Of a stretch of DNA of 64,000 nt, positions 9,015 through 18,801 are shown in pieces. The notes under the pieces are model-generated. The model saw only the letters and a program-made list of their open reading frames with translations, did no database searches and was not told where the DNA came from. Origin of the DNA: Gammaproteobacteria bacterium (GTDB lineage: Bacteria > Pseudomonadota > Gammaproteobacteria > Pseudomonadales > Halieaceae); assembly GCA_009937065.1 (NCBI GenBank), contig JAACDF010000099.1, positions 3,339 to 67,338 of the forward strand. Reading direction: 5' to 3'. Both the position numbers and the translations under genes were made by a program. Every line of letters begins with the position of its first letter. Within the stretch, counting starts at the first letter, position 1.

Positions 9015-9923
9015 ATGGATCAATTACTGGCTCTGAAGTATTTCTGCAAAGTCGCAGAAACCGGCAGCTTCACCGCAGCTGCGACAGCGTTTTCTGTTCC
9101 TCCGTCGTCGATATCTAGACGCATCTCGGACCTTGAGACCAACCTTGGCACTCATTTGCTTACTCGGAGTACACGTGTTGTCAAACTGACCGAAATCGGC
9201 ACAGCCTACTTAGAGCAAGTAAAAGAAATTCTGGTTCAGCTCGAATTGAGCAATGAGTCGGTCAAGAGTTACCAGTCCAGCCCCATGGGGCAGCTGAGAA
9301 TCAGCAGCATGGTGAGTTTTGGCGAGCGAAAGCTGTTCCCACTACTCGATCAATTCAGCGCCTTGTACCCGGACATCACCCTCGATATCAGTCTTTCGGA
9401 TGAACTCTCATCACTGGCCAATGACGACATCGACGTTGCCATCCGAGGTGGCTACGCACCCGATGAGCGGATACACGCGATCAAGCTGATGCCCAACGAG
9501 TTTATACCCGTTGCATCGCCCGCTTATCTCTCGGCTATGGGCACACCGCAGGATGGCTTTGAACTGCGCAACCGCCAAGGTCTGTTTTTCCGAACGCCAC
9601 GAGGACCATCGCCCTGGCTATTAGAAATTAACGATCAGTGGCATGACGTCTCGGGTCAACCCGCCGTGATTTCAAACAACGCTAACTGGCTAATGAAGCA
9701 GGGGTTAGAGGGCAAAGGCATCATGATAGCGCCACGGTGGTCGGTCGAACCCCATTTGGTGTCGGGTGAACTAGTAGAGTTACTGACCGACACTGCCTTG
9801 AGCGTCAATCAGAACCCGGGCATGGGCATTTATCTCCTTTATCAAAAGCCCAAATACCTGGTCCCAAAAGTGAAGGTGTTTATCGACTTTCTCGTTGAGA
9901 ATCTAATGGGAAGAGATGACTGA
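9015..9923 (+). CDS. LysR family transcriptional regulator
   Basis: 302 aa. N-terminal wHTH (LKYFCKVAETGSFTAAATAFSVPPSSISRRISDLE) followed by a LysR substrate-binding domain. Confidence 0.92.
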   Translation: MDQLLALKYFCKVAETGSFTAAATAFSVPPSSISRRISDLETNLGTHLLTRSTRVVKLTEIGTAYLEQVKEILVQLELSNESVKSYQSSPMGQLRISSMVSFGERKLFPLLDQFSALYPDITLDISLSDELSSLANDDIDVAIRGGYAPDERIHAIKLMPNEFIPVASPAYLSAMGTPQDGFELRNRQGLFFRTPRGPSPWLLEINDQWHDVSGQPAVISNNANWLMKQGLEGKGIMIAPRWSVEPHLVSGELVELLTDTALSVNQNPGMGIYLLYQKPKYLVPKVKVFIDFLVENLMGRDD

Positions 9924-10088
9924 CCGATCAATCATCATGGCTATGCAAGAGGTTAACTGGCAGCGCTACGGGGCAGCATCATGTAACCACATGCTGTGAG
10001 ACTTACCTCAGCCAAATTAATACGCCATCCTTTACCGCACAGCGCTTGACCGTTACGTTAGGTGCTTCTCGCTAAGTGTGTTTTGACC

Positions 10089-11231
10089 ATGAACCTTCGA
10101 TTACTAATGTCACTCCAGACTTGCCTGTTGGTGTTATCTGCTTGCGCAGATCCAACCAGCGCGCCAACAGATGACTCAGCGCACGAGCTCGCGCCATTGC
10201 CCAACAATGACCACTCGTACGTACCCGTATTCGCAAACCTCGCCCTCGACTGCATCCACAAGGAATACAGCAACAAGATCGCGCACTTCATGAACAGTGC
10301 CGAGGACTTAAAGCCGCCGCGCGAACTTTATCCAGCTTTTTATGGCTGCTTTGATTGGCACTCCTCTGTTCACGGACACTGGCTGCTGGTACGCCTTCTT
10401 AACACGCATCCAGATCTCATCGACCGCCCCGCTGTAATCAGCAAACTGAACAAGAGCTTCACGCGTGACAACATCGCCGGAGAGTTAGTAAATTATCAAC
10501 GGCCGGGCATGGCTTCCTTCGAGCGGCCCTATGGCATCGCGTGGTTATTGCAGCTGACAAGTGAGCTGCGTAAGTCAACGCTCCCTGAAGCCAAGTCTTG
10601 GCTAACTGAGTTAGAGCCGCTCGAGGCGCTTGCGGTTAACAATATGACGGCATGGCTACCCAAGTTAACCCACCCGATTCGAACGGGCGAACACAGTCAG
10701 ACCGCATTCGCCTTTGGCCTAATGTTGGACTGGAGCCGAACAGCAGATAACGAGGCATTTGAGTCACTACTGACGTCGCGCATTCGAGCCTTCTACCTCG
10801 ACGATCGCGACTGCCCATTAGCCTATGAACCGTCGGGTCAGGACTTTCTCTCACCCTGCATCGCCGAAGCAGATCTTATGCGACGGGTCATGACAGAGAC
10901 TGAATTCAGCACGTGGCTCGATACTTTTTTCCCCGAACTCGATGCCAATCTCGGTGAAGCCTGGTTACGACCGGCGACTGTTACCGACAAAACCGATGGC
11001 AAGTTGGCTCATCTCGACGCCCTAAATACCAGTCGCGCATGGATGCTCGAGGGGATTATCGCTGGCTTGCCGCGTGATGATGCACGTCGTTCAACACTGA
11101 CTGCTGCGGTAGAGGCGCATCGAGAAGCAGGCTTATCAGCTGTACTAGGCGATATGCATTACATGGGAAGCCATTGGCTGGGGAGCTTTGCGACTTACCT
11201 TCAGACACAGCGGGGCCTACCTGATAACTGA
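10089..11231 (+). CDS. DUF2891 domain lipoprotein
   Basis: YPAFYGCFDWHSSVHGHWLLVRLL is the DUF2891 signature. I chose the ATG at 10089, which gives signal MNLRLLMSLQTCLLVLSAC with a lipobox. The track's GTG at 10062 is an alternative. Confidence 0.72.
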   Translation: MNLRLLMSLQTCLLVLSACADPTSAPTDDSAHELAPLPNNDHSYVPVFANLALDCIHKEYSNKIAHFMNSAEDLKPPRELYPAFYGCFDWHSSVHGHWLLVRLLNTHPDLIDRPAVISKLNKSFTRDNIAGELVNYQRPGMASFERPYGIAWLLQLTSELRKSTLPEAKSWLTELEPLEALAVNNMTAWLPKLTHPIRTGEHSQTAFAFGLMLDWSRTADNEAFESLLTSRIRAFYLDDRDCPLAYEPSGQDFLSPCIAEADLMRRVMTETEFSTWLDTFFPELDANLGEAWLRPATVTDKTDGKLAHLDALNTSRAWMLEGIIAGLPRDDARRSTLTAAVEAHREAGLSAVLGDMHYMGSHWLGSFATYLQTQRGLPDN

Positions 11232-11423
11232 ATACATCCGACTTTAGTCAGACCTCAAATTAATGACTCAGTCAGCCACGATAAAAACTCACGCATCGCC
11301 GTGATTTAGCACTAAACCCCGTGCTCGCTTCAACAAAGCAACACGCGAATACTGCATTCGCTGAAATGAGTTTGAGTCGCTACACTGAGACCAGACACGC
11401 CAATCGACAATAAGGGAAAACCC

Positions 11424-12290
11424 ATGAGCGATACCTACGAGCCCCCCAAGGTCTGGGAGTGGAAACAAAACAGCAATCAGGCGTTTGCCAACATCAACCG
11501 CCCCACTGCCGGTGCTCAGCAAGAAAAAGAGCTGCCGATTGGCAAGCACCCGTTGCAGCTTTACTCCTTGGGGACACCTAATGGTGTGAAAGTCACCATC
11601 ATGCTGGAGGAGTTACTTGCGAAGGGGCACAGCGGTGCTGAGTACGACGCCTGGCTAATCAACATTGGCGACGGCTCACAGTTCGGTAGTGGCTTCGTTG
11701 CGGCCAACCCTAATTCGAAGATTCCAGCGCTTATGGATCACAGTGAGGAAACTCCACTGCGGGTGTTTGAATCTGGCTCGATTCTCCTTTATCTCGCAGA
11801 GAAGTTCGGCGAATTTATTCCTCAGGATCACGCGGGAAGAACTGAATGTCTTAACTGGCTGTTCTGGCAGATGGGCGCAGCACCGATGTTGGGTGGTGGG
11901 TTTGGTCACTTCTACGCCTACGCACCGGTGAAGATCGAATACGCCATCGACCGCTACGCCATGGAAGTAAAGCGTCAGCTCGATCTGCTTGATAAGCGGT
12001 TAGCAGACAATCAATACATCTGCGGTGATGAGTACACGATTGCCGATATGGCCATCTACCCTTGGTATGGGTCAGTGATTGAAGGAAAAGCGTATAACGC
12101 CGCTGAGTTCCTGGAAGCACACACCTACACCAATCTGAAGCGGTATACGGATGAGATATCTCAGCGTCCGGCCGTGAAGCGCGGCCGTATGGTCAACCGA
12201 CCGTACGGCGCCAAATCATCACAGCTACTCGAGCGACACGACGCCAGTGATTTTGAACTCCGCACTCAGGACAAGCTGGATCCGGATTAG
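11424..12290 (+). CDS. yghU: glutathione-dependent disulfide-bond oxidoreductase, Nu-class GST (YghU-like)
   Basis: 288 aa. The N-terminus ...YEPPKVWEWKQ...INRPTAGA...LPIGKHPLQLYSLGTPNGVKVTIMLEEL closely resembles E. coli YghU. Confidence 0.88.
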   Translation: MSDTYEPPKVWEWKQNSNQAFANINRPTAGAQQEKELPIGKHPLQLYSLGTPNGVKVTIMLEELLAKGHSGAEYDAWLINIGDGSQFGSGFVAANPNSKIPALMDHSEETPLRVFESGSILLYLAEKFGEFIPQDHAGRTECLNWLFWQMGAAPMLGGGFGHFYAYAPVKIEYAIDRYAMEVKRQLDLLDKRLADNQYICGDEYTIADMAIYPWYGSVIEGKAYNAAEFLEAHTYTNLKRYTDEISQRPAVKRGRMVNRPYGAKSSQLLERHDASDFELRTQDKLDPD

Positions 12291-12302
12291 TCGGTAACAC
12301 TC

Positions 12303-12731
12303 CTAACTCGGAGGATTCGTTGTTGGTTGATCGACATCGTCAATACTTGCCTGCCTATTCCCAGTAGTCATGTAGGAATGCCAGATAAATACCACTGTGG
12401 CCAAGGTTCCTAAAATGACAGTCGCCCAGATACTTGTGTTGACCAAACCCACCACAGAGGACCCGAGAGAATCCCCTCTCATTTCCGCCACCTCTAATAA
12501 GTATCGCTCTAGCGTCTCTCTAAAAGCCATCATGCGAACCACAACTGAAAAGGTAAATACCAAGTAAAGACCAGTCAGCATACTTGCATAAGCTTTGGTC
12601 AGCCTGTCGCTCGCCAAGTGGCTGGCGACGATTGCAGCAAAAGTAGCGCTGAGCCAAAACTGAAACACCGACTCTAATCGGTTGATGGTGATGTCGACCA
12701 GCTGCAAAAGTTGAAAAAAAGTTAGTTCCAT
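12303..12731 (-). CDS. hypothetical membrane protein
   Basis: 142-aa ORF with 3-4 hydrophobic helices and no family recognised. The overlapping 94-aa ORF in another frame looks less protein-like. Confidence 0.45.
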   Translation of the reverse strand: MELTFFQLLQLVDITINRLESVFQFWLSATFAAIVASHLASDRLTKAYASMLTGLYLVFTFSVVVRMMAFRETLERYLLEVAEMRGDSLGSSVVGLVNTSIWATVILGTLATVVFIWHSYMTTGNRQASIDDVDQPTTNPPS

Positions 12732-12920
12732 TAAATACCTCTGCTAACACCAGTGGGCTGAGGGCCGAACGCACATAAGTTACCGAGAGTATAGCGAGAG
12801 ACATGGATGCAATGAAATTCTGGATTGATCGCGCGGAGTGCTGCGTTAGCTATGGCAATAGCTCAGCACATCGACTCACTACTTCGCGCTCCCAAGATAC
12901 TATGAGGTACACGGCCCTCG

Positions 12921-14978
12921 TCAAAAAGCACCCTCAATAACCAGCGTATAGGAGTAACCAAAGTTGCGACTCCGACGCTCTGAAAACAGAACCTCATCCG
13001 CCAGTCGGTCACTGTAAACCGTTCGCCGGAAGCGGTTCTCGGCACCCAGCAAATTCCAGGCGAAAGCCTTTACGGTCAGCCCCATGACGTTCTTGTGCTC
13101 AACGAAAAAGTAGAGCGTCCCGCGGCTTTTGTTGTTGAAACTGACCTCGTCGATTCGGACGCTAGGGGCTTGCTCTTGGTAGTCGATAACAGCACCAATC
13201 GCCCAAGGTGTATCGTTAAAGTCCTGCCGGAAACTCAGCTCATAGGACTTGTAAAAATCACCACTGATTTTCCGTGTGTTCCCCAATATGGGGTCCTTCA
13301 CTTTAGACGTCATATAACCGAGCGAAAGGTCCGCACGCCCTCCTTGCCAGAGGAACTCATCACTGAGCAAGGTCGCATCGAAAAAGCCGCCGTAGGCCGA
13401 GGCGCTGTCAATATTCCCGGGCGCTTGACCACCCCCTTCGATGGGGATTCGATCAACGATGTCCTCGACGTCTTCGTAGAACAGACTCAACGTCAGATTG
13501 CCGGACTTACCCAACGATTGCTGGACTTCGAGGGTAAAGTCCCAGGACTGCGGTGGCACCAAATTGACGTTGGTGACATCTTCTCGCTCCTGATTCACAT
13601 CTACCGACGCGATGAAATCAAAAAACCTCAGTTGCCCCACGGCTCGCTCAAGCTTTGCAGAGAGAAACAAGTCATCTGTGGGTTTGTAGTTAAGCGCCAA
13701 AAAGCCTTTCGGACGTACGAAGTCACGAGTGACAGTTGAGCTGCCGGTCTGCCTGATTTCTGAGTACTCGGCGCCTACCGTTGCCTGAAGGGTAAACTGC
13801 TCATTCAGCCGCTTGCTGACGTTAAGCGTAGACTCAGTGCGAGTCTCTTCAACGCGCGCTTTTGCATCGCTCAAGTCGACCGGAATGAAGACACCGTCTG
13901 CATTGAGACTGTCCAGCTGTGAGTCGAGATCTAGATAATTTTCCGTTGCCTCTAATGACCATCGCCACTGACTTTCCCAAGCAGGGAACGAGAACTCGGT
14001 CCTGATAATAGACTCAGCCTCATCGGCTTGGCGAGTGAACGATGATCCCTCGATCAATCCATTTGCAAATGTCGTGGTAGTGCGATCAATCGTTGGGCTC
14101 GACTCAAAACGATGAAGCCCTATGAATTTTAAACGTCCCGCACCGACGTCAAGTTCGTAGTCAGCTCCGATTTCATAGTTGTGTTCATCCTCAGCCGAAC
14201 TGAGAACACGTGTGTTCTCATCGGGGTCACCTACAAGCCGCTCGGACGTTTCTCCTCTGTCTGAGTAATTGCCATTCAGCTCGGCCACGAGATTAAACGC
14301 GCTACCGTTCTCTGTCACATACGAGTAGGAACCTGAAATAGACGGCCGGTCGACTTCGTTTAGCGCTCTCTCCGATCGTGTGTCGGTAATATTACCTGCC
14401 GAATCTCGAACGAGCTCGTCTCCGGCATTACTAAAAATGCGCTGCTCGTTGGCCACCTGTAAGGTCCACTCAGAGTCTTCACTGCCACCTGTCAGAGCGA
14501 CCGTGAATTCACGAAGACGCTCTTCAGAGTTGGCACCGGTAGGACGGAATCGAGGCGTGTACCGAAATAAGCCTGTGGTCTTCTTCTCAGCCGCCGTAAT
14601 GACATTGATTACCTGACCCGAAATACCGCCAATATCGAGACTGGCGCCATCAACAACCTCAAGTCGTATGACGCTGTCGACGGAGAGCCTTTCCAACGCT
14701 TCCATGGGTCCATTGGACTTTCCGGATACTCGGCGCCCATTAATGAGTACATTGGTGTCAGCCTGACCAAACCCTCGTTCATCACCGCCTTCGTCAAGGT
14801 TGAAGCCAGGTACTTGCTTTACCAAGTCTAGCGCCGATCTTGGGACAAACTGAGAAAAGTCGGCGGGGAAATATGTTTGACGAATGCTCTGGTCACTGTC
14901 GGAATTTGCTTGAATCGCGTGAGCGAACAATGCGGAAACAACAACGCTTAGTAACAGGGACAGGCGTTTGAAATACAT
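12921..14978 (-). CDS. TonB-dependent receptor
   Basis: 685 aa. Signal peptide (LLLSVVVSALFAHA), plug domain (VLINGRRVSGKSNG...IRLEVV), beta-barrel-like alternating sequence, and a terminal aromatic residue (...LVIEGAF). Confidence 0.9.
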   Translation of the reverse strand: MYFKRLSLLLSVVVSALFAHAIQANSDSDQSIRQTYFPADFSQFVPRSALDLVKQVPGFNLDEGGDERGFGQADTNVLINGRRVSGKSNGPMEALERLSVDSVIRLEVVDGASLDIGGISGQVINVITAAEKKTTGLFRYTPRFRPTGANSEERLREFTVALTGGSEDSEWTLQVANEQRIFSNAGDELVRDSAGNITDTRSERALNEVDRPSISGSYSYVTENGSAFNLVAELNGNYSDRGETSERLVGDPDENTRVLSSAEDEHNYEIGADYELDVGAGRLKFIGLHRFESSPTIDRTTTTFANGLIEGSSFTRQADEAESIIRTEFSFPAWESQWRWSLEATENYLDLDSQLDSLNADGVFIPVDLSDAKARVEETRTESTLNVSKRLNEQFTLQATVGAEYSEIRQTGSSTVTRDFVRPKGFLALNYKPTDDLFLSAKLERAVGQLRFFDFIASVDVNQEREDVTNVNLVPPQSWDFTLEVQQSLGKSGNLTLSLFYEDVEDIVDRIPIEGGGQAPGNIDSASAYGGFFDATLLSDEFLWQGGRADLSLGYMTSKVKDPILGNTRKISGDFYKSYELSFRQDFNDTPWAIGAVIDYQEQAPSVRIDEVSFNNKSRGTLYFFVEHKNVMGLTVKAFAWNLLGAENRFRRTVYSDRLADEVLFSERRSRNFGYSYTLVIEGAF

Positions 14979-15105
14979 AAGCGATTTCGCGTAAGAACCT
15001 TAATACAGGTGAATTGACGCCGACCAGTATACGTTCGCTATCGCAACACCCACAACGCCTATGGATGAATCGATACAACTAACTATGAAATTGGTATCTA
15101 ACGTC

Positions 15106-15510
15106 TTAGTTTCGAAATTGGCCGATACTCCAGCACAGCACAGATGAATACATCATGGGCTCTCCTTGCGCATACCGGTAGGCATCGCACGCAGTTGCTG
15201 TCGTACCAAAGGCCGAGGCATCAAACGACAAGGTCGTGTGAACATGTAAGTCGCCAAAATAAGGGTTTCGATTAGGATTACTGGGAACTCCCGAGTCATT
15301 GTGTGCCACCGATTCGAACTCGACGATCACCTCATTGGGCGCCATGATCGTATTGGTCGAACGGTAATACTTCTGCGCTGACGCCCGCCTTTCTTTGTCG
15401 GCCGAGTTTTCACCGCAGGCGCTGAGTACAAGCACCGCAGTACTCAAGCTGACCAACCACCAGCGACCTGGCGGCGAGGCTTTAAATTTAGGGGGTGATA
15501 GGAGCCTCAT
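15106..15510 (-). pseudogene. truncated DUF3604 paralogue (N-terminal ~130 aa only, lipoprotein signal retained)
   Basis: Signal LVLSAC, then NPYFGDLHVHTTLSFDASAFG..AYRYAQGEP, which parallels WGELHIHTSESFDAALFG..TYRFAKGEP of the upstream 661-aa gene. Similarity is lost after GEP and a stop follows. Full-length relatives are about 600-700 aa. Confidence 0.6.
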
Positions 15511-17496
15511 CTAGGCACCGCTATCTGAGGCAGTCTGCGATATCCATATTGGACTGGTCCAAGCGCGCTCTCGAATGGTCGCGGGTACTCGCGGGTCTGG
15601 ATCGCGTCCCAAGCGAATCGCGTCGTAAGTCGACCATCGACAGGTGGGATTCATGAGCACACGAACGTAATAAAACGCCGATTGATCTGAGTTGAAATTA
15701 GGGTCCTGCCAGTTCACAGACAACTGGGCTGCGCCAACGTCGTCCTCAAACGCACAGGTCGTCAAATCGACGCTCGCACCGTTGTCTGCACAACGACCGG
15801 TACTTGGGTCAACCGGAAGATCATCTGCACACGCAATATCGACCACTTTTTCGTGTGTCTCACCACTCTCATCAATCCAGCCCTTCACCATTTGTACCCT
15901 CTGCAAGGGTGCATCCAAAGGGTCTTGCATGGCCCATACAGAAAAAGAGGGCGACTCTGAGTTGCCCTTGAACTGGCTCGCCGGAACGACGCCGCCCATC
16001 GGTATACGCTGTGCCTCTTGGCTCGCGCTGGCACCATTACCCTTCACTTCATATTCAGAAACTCTCGGCCAGTCCGCATAGAACTGCACTGTTATTCGCG
16101 GCCCCGATGTGGCGTAGGTTTCTCGTCGTGCTAGCGCATCAAAGATAGCTTCGCGGGTATTTTCGGGTGCCCATACAGCGGCAAGGCCTCCTGACGTGTT
16201 AAACCGCAGTCGTGACTTGAAGGGCTCGGTTTCCTCATCGCGAAGCCGCCGGAAAGCGGATGACGTAACGCTTCCCGTTGCTCCCGGAAAATCCCATTCC
16301 TCGACATCACCAGGGTTCGAGTTATGGCTGTCCGTAGCCGCTATGAAACCGCTTTGTATGGGGTTAAAGCCATATTCCTGCTCGAGCTCCAAGCCCACCT
16401 TGAGCCCCTGCCGAACAAAACCGGTTTGGAAGGCACAACCGGTGGTTTGGCCTGCTTCGCAGGGTTCAAATACCTGCTCAAACTGGCACTCTTCGTCCGT
16501 CGCGCCCACGCCTAGCGCACATTCCTGAGCGCCTTTGATTTGGAAAATCTCTGCCAGTGGCTCCCGTCGCTGCCGCGTTCTCCAGTCGGCCTCGGTGTAA
16601 TCCTTGCCGTCCCAGGTGTAGCGTGAATAGGTCAATCCCCATGCCTTATTGGAGTTGTGCGGAATAGTCAGAAAATCGCAGTCCCCCTGACAGTTCACCT
16701 CGAGCTCGCGCCAAAGTTCAATCGCACTAGACACATCGATACTGGATGGCACCCTGTCCGGCACCTCGCTCGATCGGAAGATCACATTGCGATGATGTTT
16801 GCCTTGATCGGGGAGGCCCGGAGAATATTCGTAAGCGACGAGCGTCGTCAGTACGCCAGGCTCATAAAACGCGTCAGCGGCAGCGACATATCGCACCCAA
16901 TCATTGACGGCGTTCTCAAGACATCGCTCCAAGGCACCCTCACCAAATCGGCAGGAAGGGAAGCTTCCGGGCTTCGGTGATCTGTATTGCTTCTTTTGGT
17001 ACACGCCGCGCGGCAGTGTGGGGTCGCCTGGCTCCGCCTCGCCGCGTATTCGACTGGTGAGAATTTGGAATATCCGTGGATTTGGCTCATTAGCTAGCCA
17101 GCAGGCGGCGCGCTCCCCCAGTGTTAAGCCTTCATCACCGCAGTGTGTGCGCGTACCAAAGCCCTCTGCGTGATCTGTAATTGCCACAAAGTCTAAAGGC
17201 CGACTCAACTCCATCGACTCACCACCGACACCAACAATGGGCTCGCCCTTGGCAAAGCGATAAGTGTCCTCTACCCCGATCGTATTGCCAAAAAGTGCTG
17301 CATCAAAACTTTCCGAGGTATGAATGTGCAGCTCACCCCAATACAGATTATTGGCAGATCGAGCCGCGCTTGTGCCAGTCAGGTCCCGCGGCACCGGCTG
17401 AGAGATTCGGTCATTGTCCTGAAGGGCATAGTCAAGCGCTGCACTTTCAGGACCGAATTTAACCGCCGCAGCCTGAATAGGTCCGATGAACGTCAC
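15511..17496 (-). CDS. DUF3604 domain protein (putative PHP/metallo-hydrolase-like)
   Basis: 661 aa from the GTG at 17496. GELHIHTSESFDA and ITDHAEGFG motifs. The true start is probably further upstream at about 17559 (see finding). The stop TAG abuts the next ATG. Confidence 0.8.
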   Translation of the reverse strand: MTFIGPIQAAAVKFGPESAALDYALQDNDRISQPVPRDLTGTSAARSANNLYWGELHIHTSESFDAALFGNTIGVEDTYRFAKGEPIVGVGGESMELSRPLDFVAITDHAEGFGTRTHCGDEGLTLGERAACWLANEPNPRIFQILTSRIRGEAEPGDPTLPRGVYQKKQYRSPKPGSFPSCRFGEGALERCLENAVNDWVRYVAAADAFYEPGVLTTLVAYEYSPGLPDQGKHHRNVIFRSSEVPDRVPSSIDVSSAIELWRELEVNCQGDCDFLTIPHNSNKAWGLTYSRYTWDGKDYTEADWRTRQRREPLAEIFQIKGAQECALGVGATDEECQFEQVFEPCEAGQTTGCAFQTGFVRQGLKVGLELEQEYGFNPIQSGFIAATDSHNSNPGDVEEWDFPGATGSVTSSAFRRLRDEETEPFKSRLRFNTSGGLAAVWAPENTREAIFDALARRETYATSGPRITVQFYADWPRVSEYEVKGNGASASQEAQRIPMGGVVPASQFKGNSESPSFSVWAMQDPLDAPLQRVQMVKGWIDESGETHEKVVDIACADDLPVDPSTGRCADNGASVDLTTCAFEDDVGAAQLSVNWQDPNFNSDQSAFYYVRVLMNPTCRWSTYDAIRLGRDPDPRVPATIRERAWTSPIWISQTASDSGA

Positions 17497-17756
17497 CCAT
17501 GTATAACCGGCGGCAACGAAGAAGATTGCAACCAGACCGAGAACCAGTTTCTTAAGAATATCCTTACTCCCTGTCCATCATTTTTTAGCTTGGTTAGACG
17601 CCTGTTTATTAAAACCTTTTTTCAGAGTCCGAGACTAGGGCGATGAAATTATGACGCATGAAACATTTCCGGCCATCCTCATCCTGATTAGCCTCTCATT
17701 GCCCGCTGACAACACCTGAGATCCACAACCACAACCTGTGAGTATCTTTCGCTAAC

Positions 17757-17793
17757 GTGTTCAGCTAGCGTAGATATGCGAGTCGCTGAACAC
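17757..17793. promoter_or_regulatory. 9-bp inverted repeat GTGTTCAGC-N19-GCTGAACAC upstream of the crotonase gene
   Basis: Perfect arms at 17757-17765 and 17785-17793, about 70 bp upstream of the 17864 start in a 367-bp divergent intergenic region. Confidence 0.25.
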
Positions 17794-17863
17794 GGTACTT
17801 GATGACAGCCTTGTTCCCATGGTCGATTCGTGAACTGAATTTTAATAACAAGGGATTCTCCCC

Positions 17864-18697
17864 ATGAGCGATGTTTCAATGATTGCCGTCTCGCAGGCTG
17901 ACAGAGTATTAAATATCACCTTAAACCGGCCGGAGGACCTCAATCCGCTGTGCTGGCAGGTGCTAAACGAAATTAAAGCCGTTTTGGACGAGGTAGTTAA
18001 TGACAATACCGTGGGTGTCATTGTCATAGGCGCTGCAGGTAAGGCATTTTCGACCGGGTACGACTTGCGCGAGGAGCACTGGATCACGTCTCAATATCCT
18101 GCCAACTTTGAGGACCATGTCGACATTCGGCAGGACAGAGAGGATGTCCATATCATTGTCGATTACTGGATGAAGCTGTGGCGCTACCCCAAACCTATCA
18201 TTGCGAAAGTACAGGGTGACTGCCTCTCTGGTGCTGGAGAACTACTGGGGGTTTGTGACCTGGCAATTGTGAGTGAACACGCACGATTTGGTCATCCCGC
18301 GGGACGGGATCTAGGGATACCGCCCTCGATCATGTTTTGGCCAATGCTAATCGGCTTACGAAAGACAAAAGAATTGTTGTACACGTCGCGACTGATCAGT
18401 GCGACAGAGGCTCAACAAATCGGTCTCGTAAACGAGGTGGTCCCGCATGACCAACTGGATGATCGCGTGGCAATGACTGCGGCTCATATCGCGAGAGCAC
18501 CGAGTGACAATCTCTCTGTTTTAAAAGAAGTCTCGAACACATGGTTTGAGAACATGGGTATGGAACCGTCAGTGCGACGGGGTGCAGACTTAGACGCTAT
18601 TTACCATCAGTTCGATAGCTTCAAAGACTTCTTTCGCACACTGCGCAGCGAAGGTGTGAAAGCGGCTTTTAAGAAGCGACGCGACCTATTCGGTTGA
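17864..18697 (+). CDS. enoyl-CoA hydratase/isomerase (crotonase) family protein
   Basis: 277 aa. Crotonase fold: LNITLNRPEDLNP, VIVIGAAGKAFSTGYDL, GDCLSGAGELLGVCDLAIV. The usual second catalytic Glu position reads FGHPAGRDLG. Confidence 0.88.
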   Translation: MSDVSMIAVSQADRVLNITLNRPEDLNPLCWQVLNEIKAVLDEVVNDNTVGVIVIGAAGKAFSTGYDLREEHWITSQYPANFEDHVDIRQDREDVHIIVDYWMKLWRYPKPIIAKVQGDCLSGAGELLGVCDLAIVSEHARFGHPAGRDLGIPPSIMFWPMLIGLRKTKELLYTSRLISATEAQQIGLVNEVVPHDQLDDRVAMTAAHIARAPSDNLSVLKEVSNTWFENMGMEPSVRRGADLDAIYHQFDSFKDFFRTLRSEGVKAAFKKRRDLFG

Positions 18698-18801
18698 TGC
18701 CTGATAAGCGCGCAGTAAGCGCTTCGCTAGAGTCATCCGCGCGCAGAAAAAAAATAAGAATTTCACTGGGATAAGTGAGCTTAACTAGAGAGGAATAATG
18801 T

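Noticed and set aside
13095-13739. 214-aa plus-strand ORF inside the TonB-dependent receptor gene
   Set aside because: It is antisense to a well-supported TBDR and resembles no known protein. This is a typical shadow ORF.
14979-15105. Possible cobalamin or other riboswitch upstream of the TonB-dependent receptor
   Set aside because: Only 127 nt are available and I see no B12-box-like or other riboswitch core sequence.
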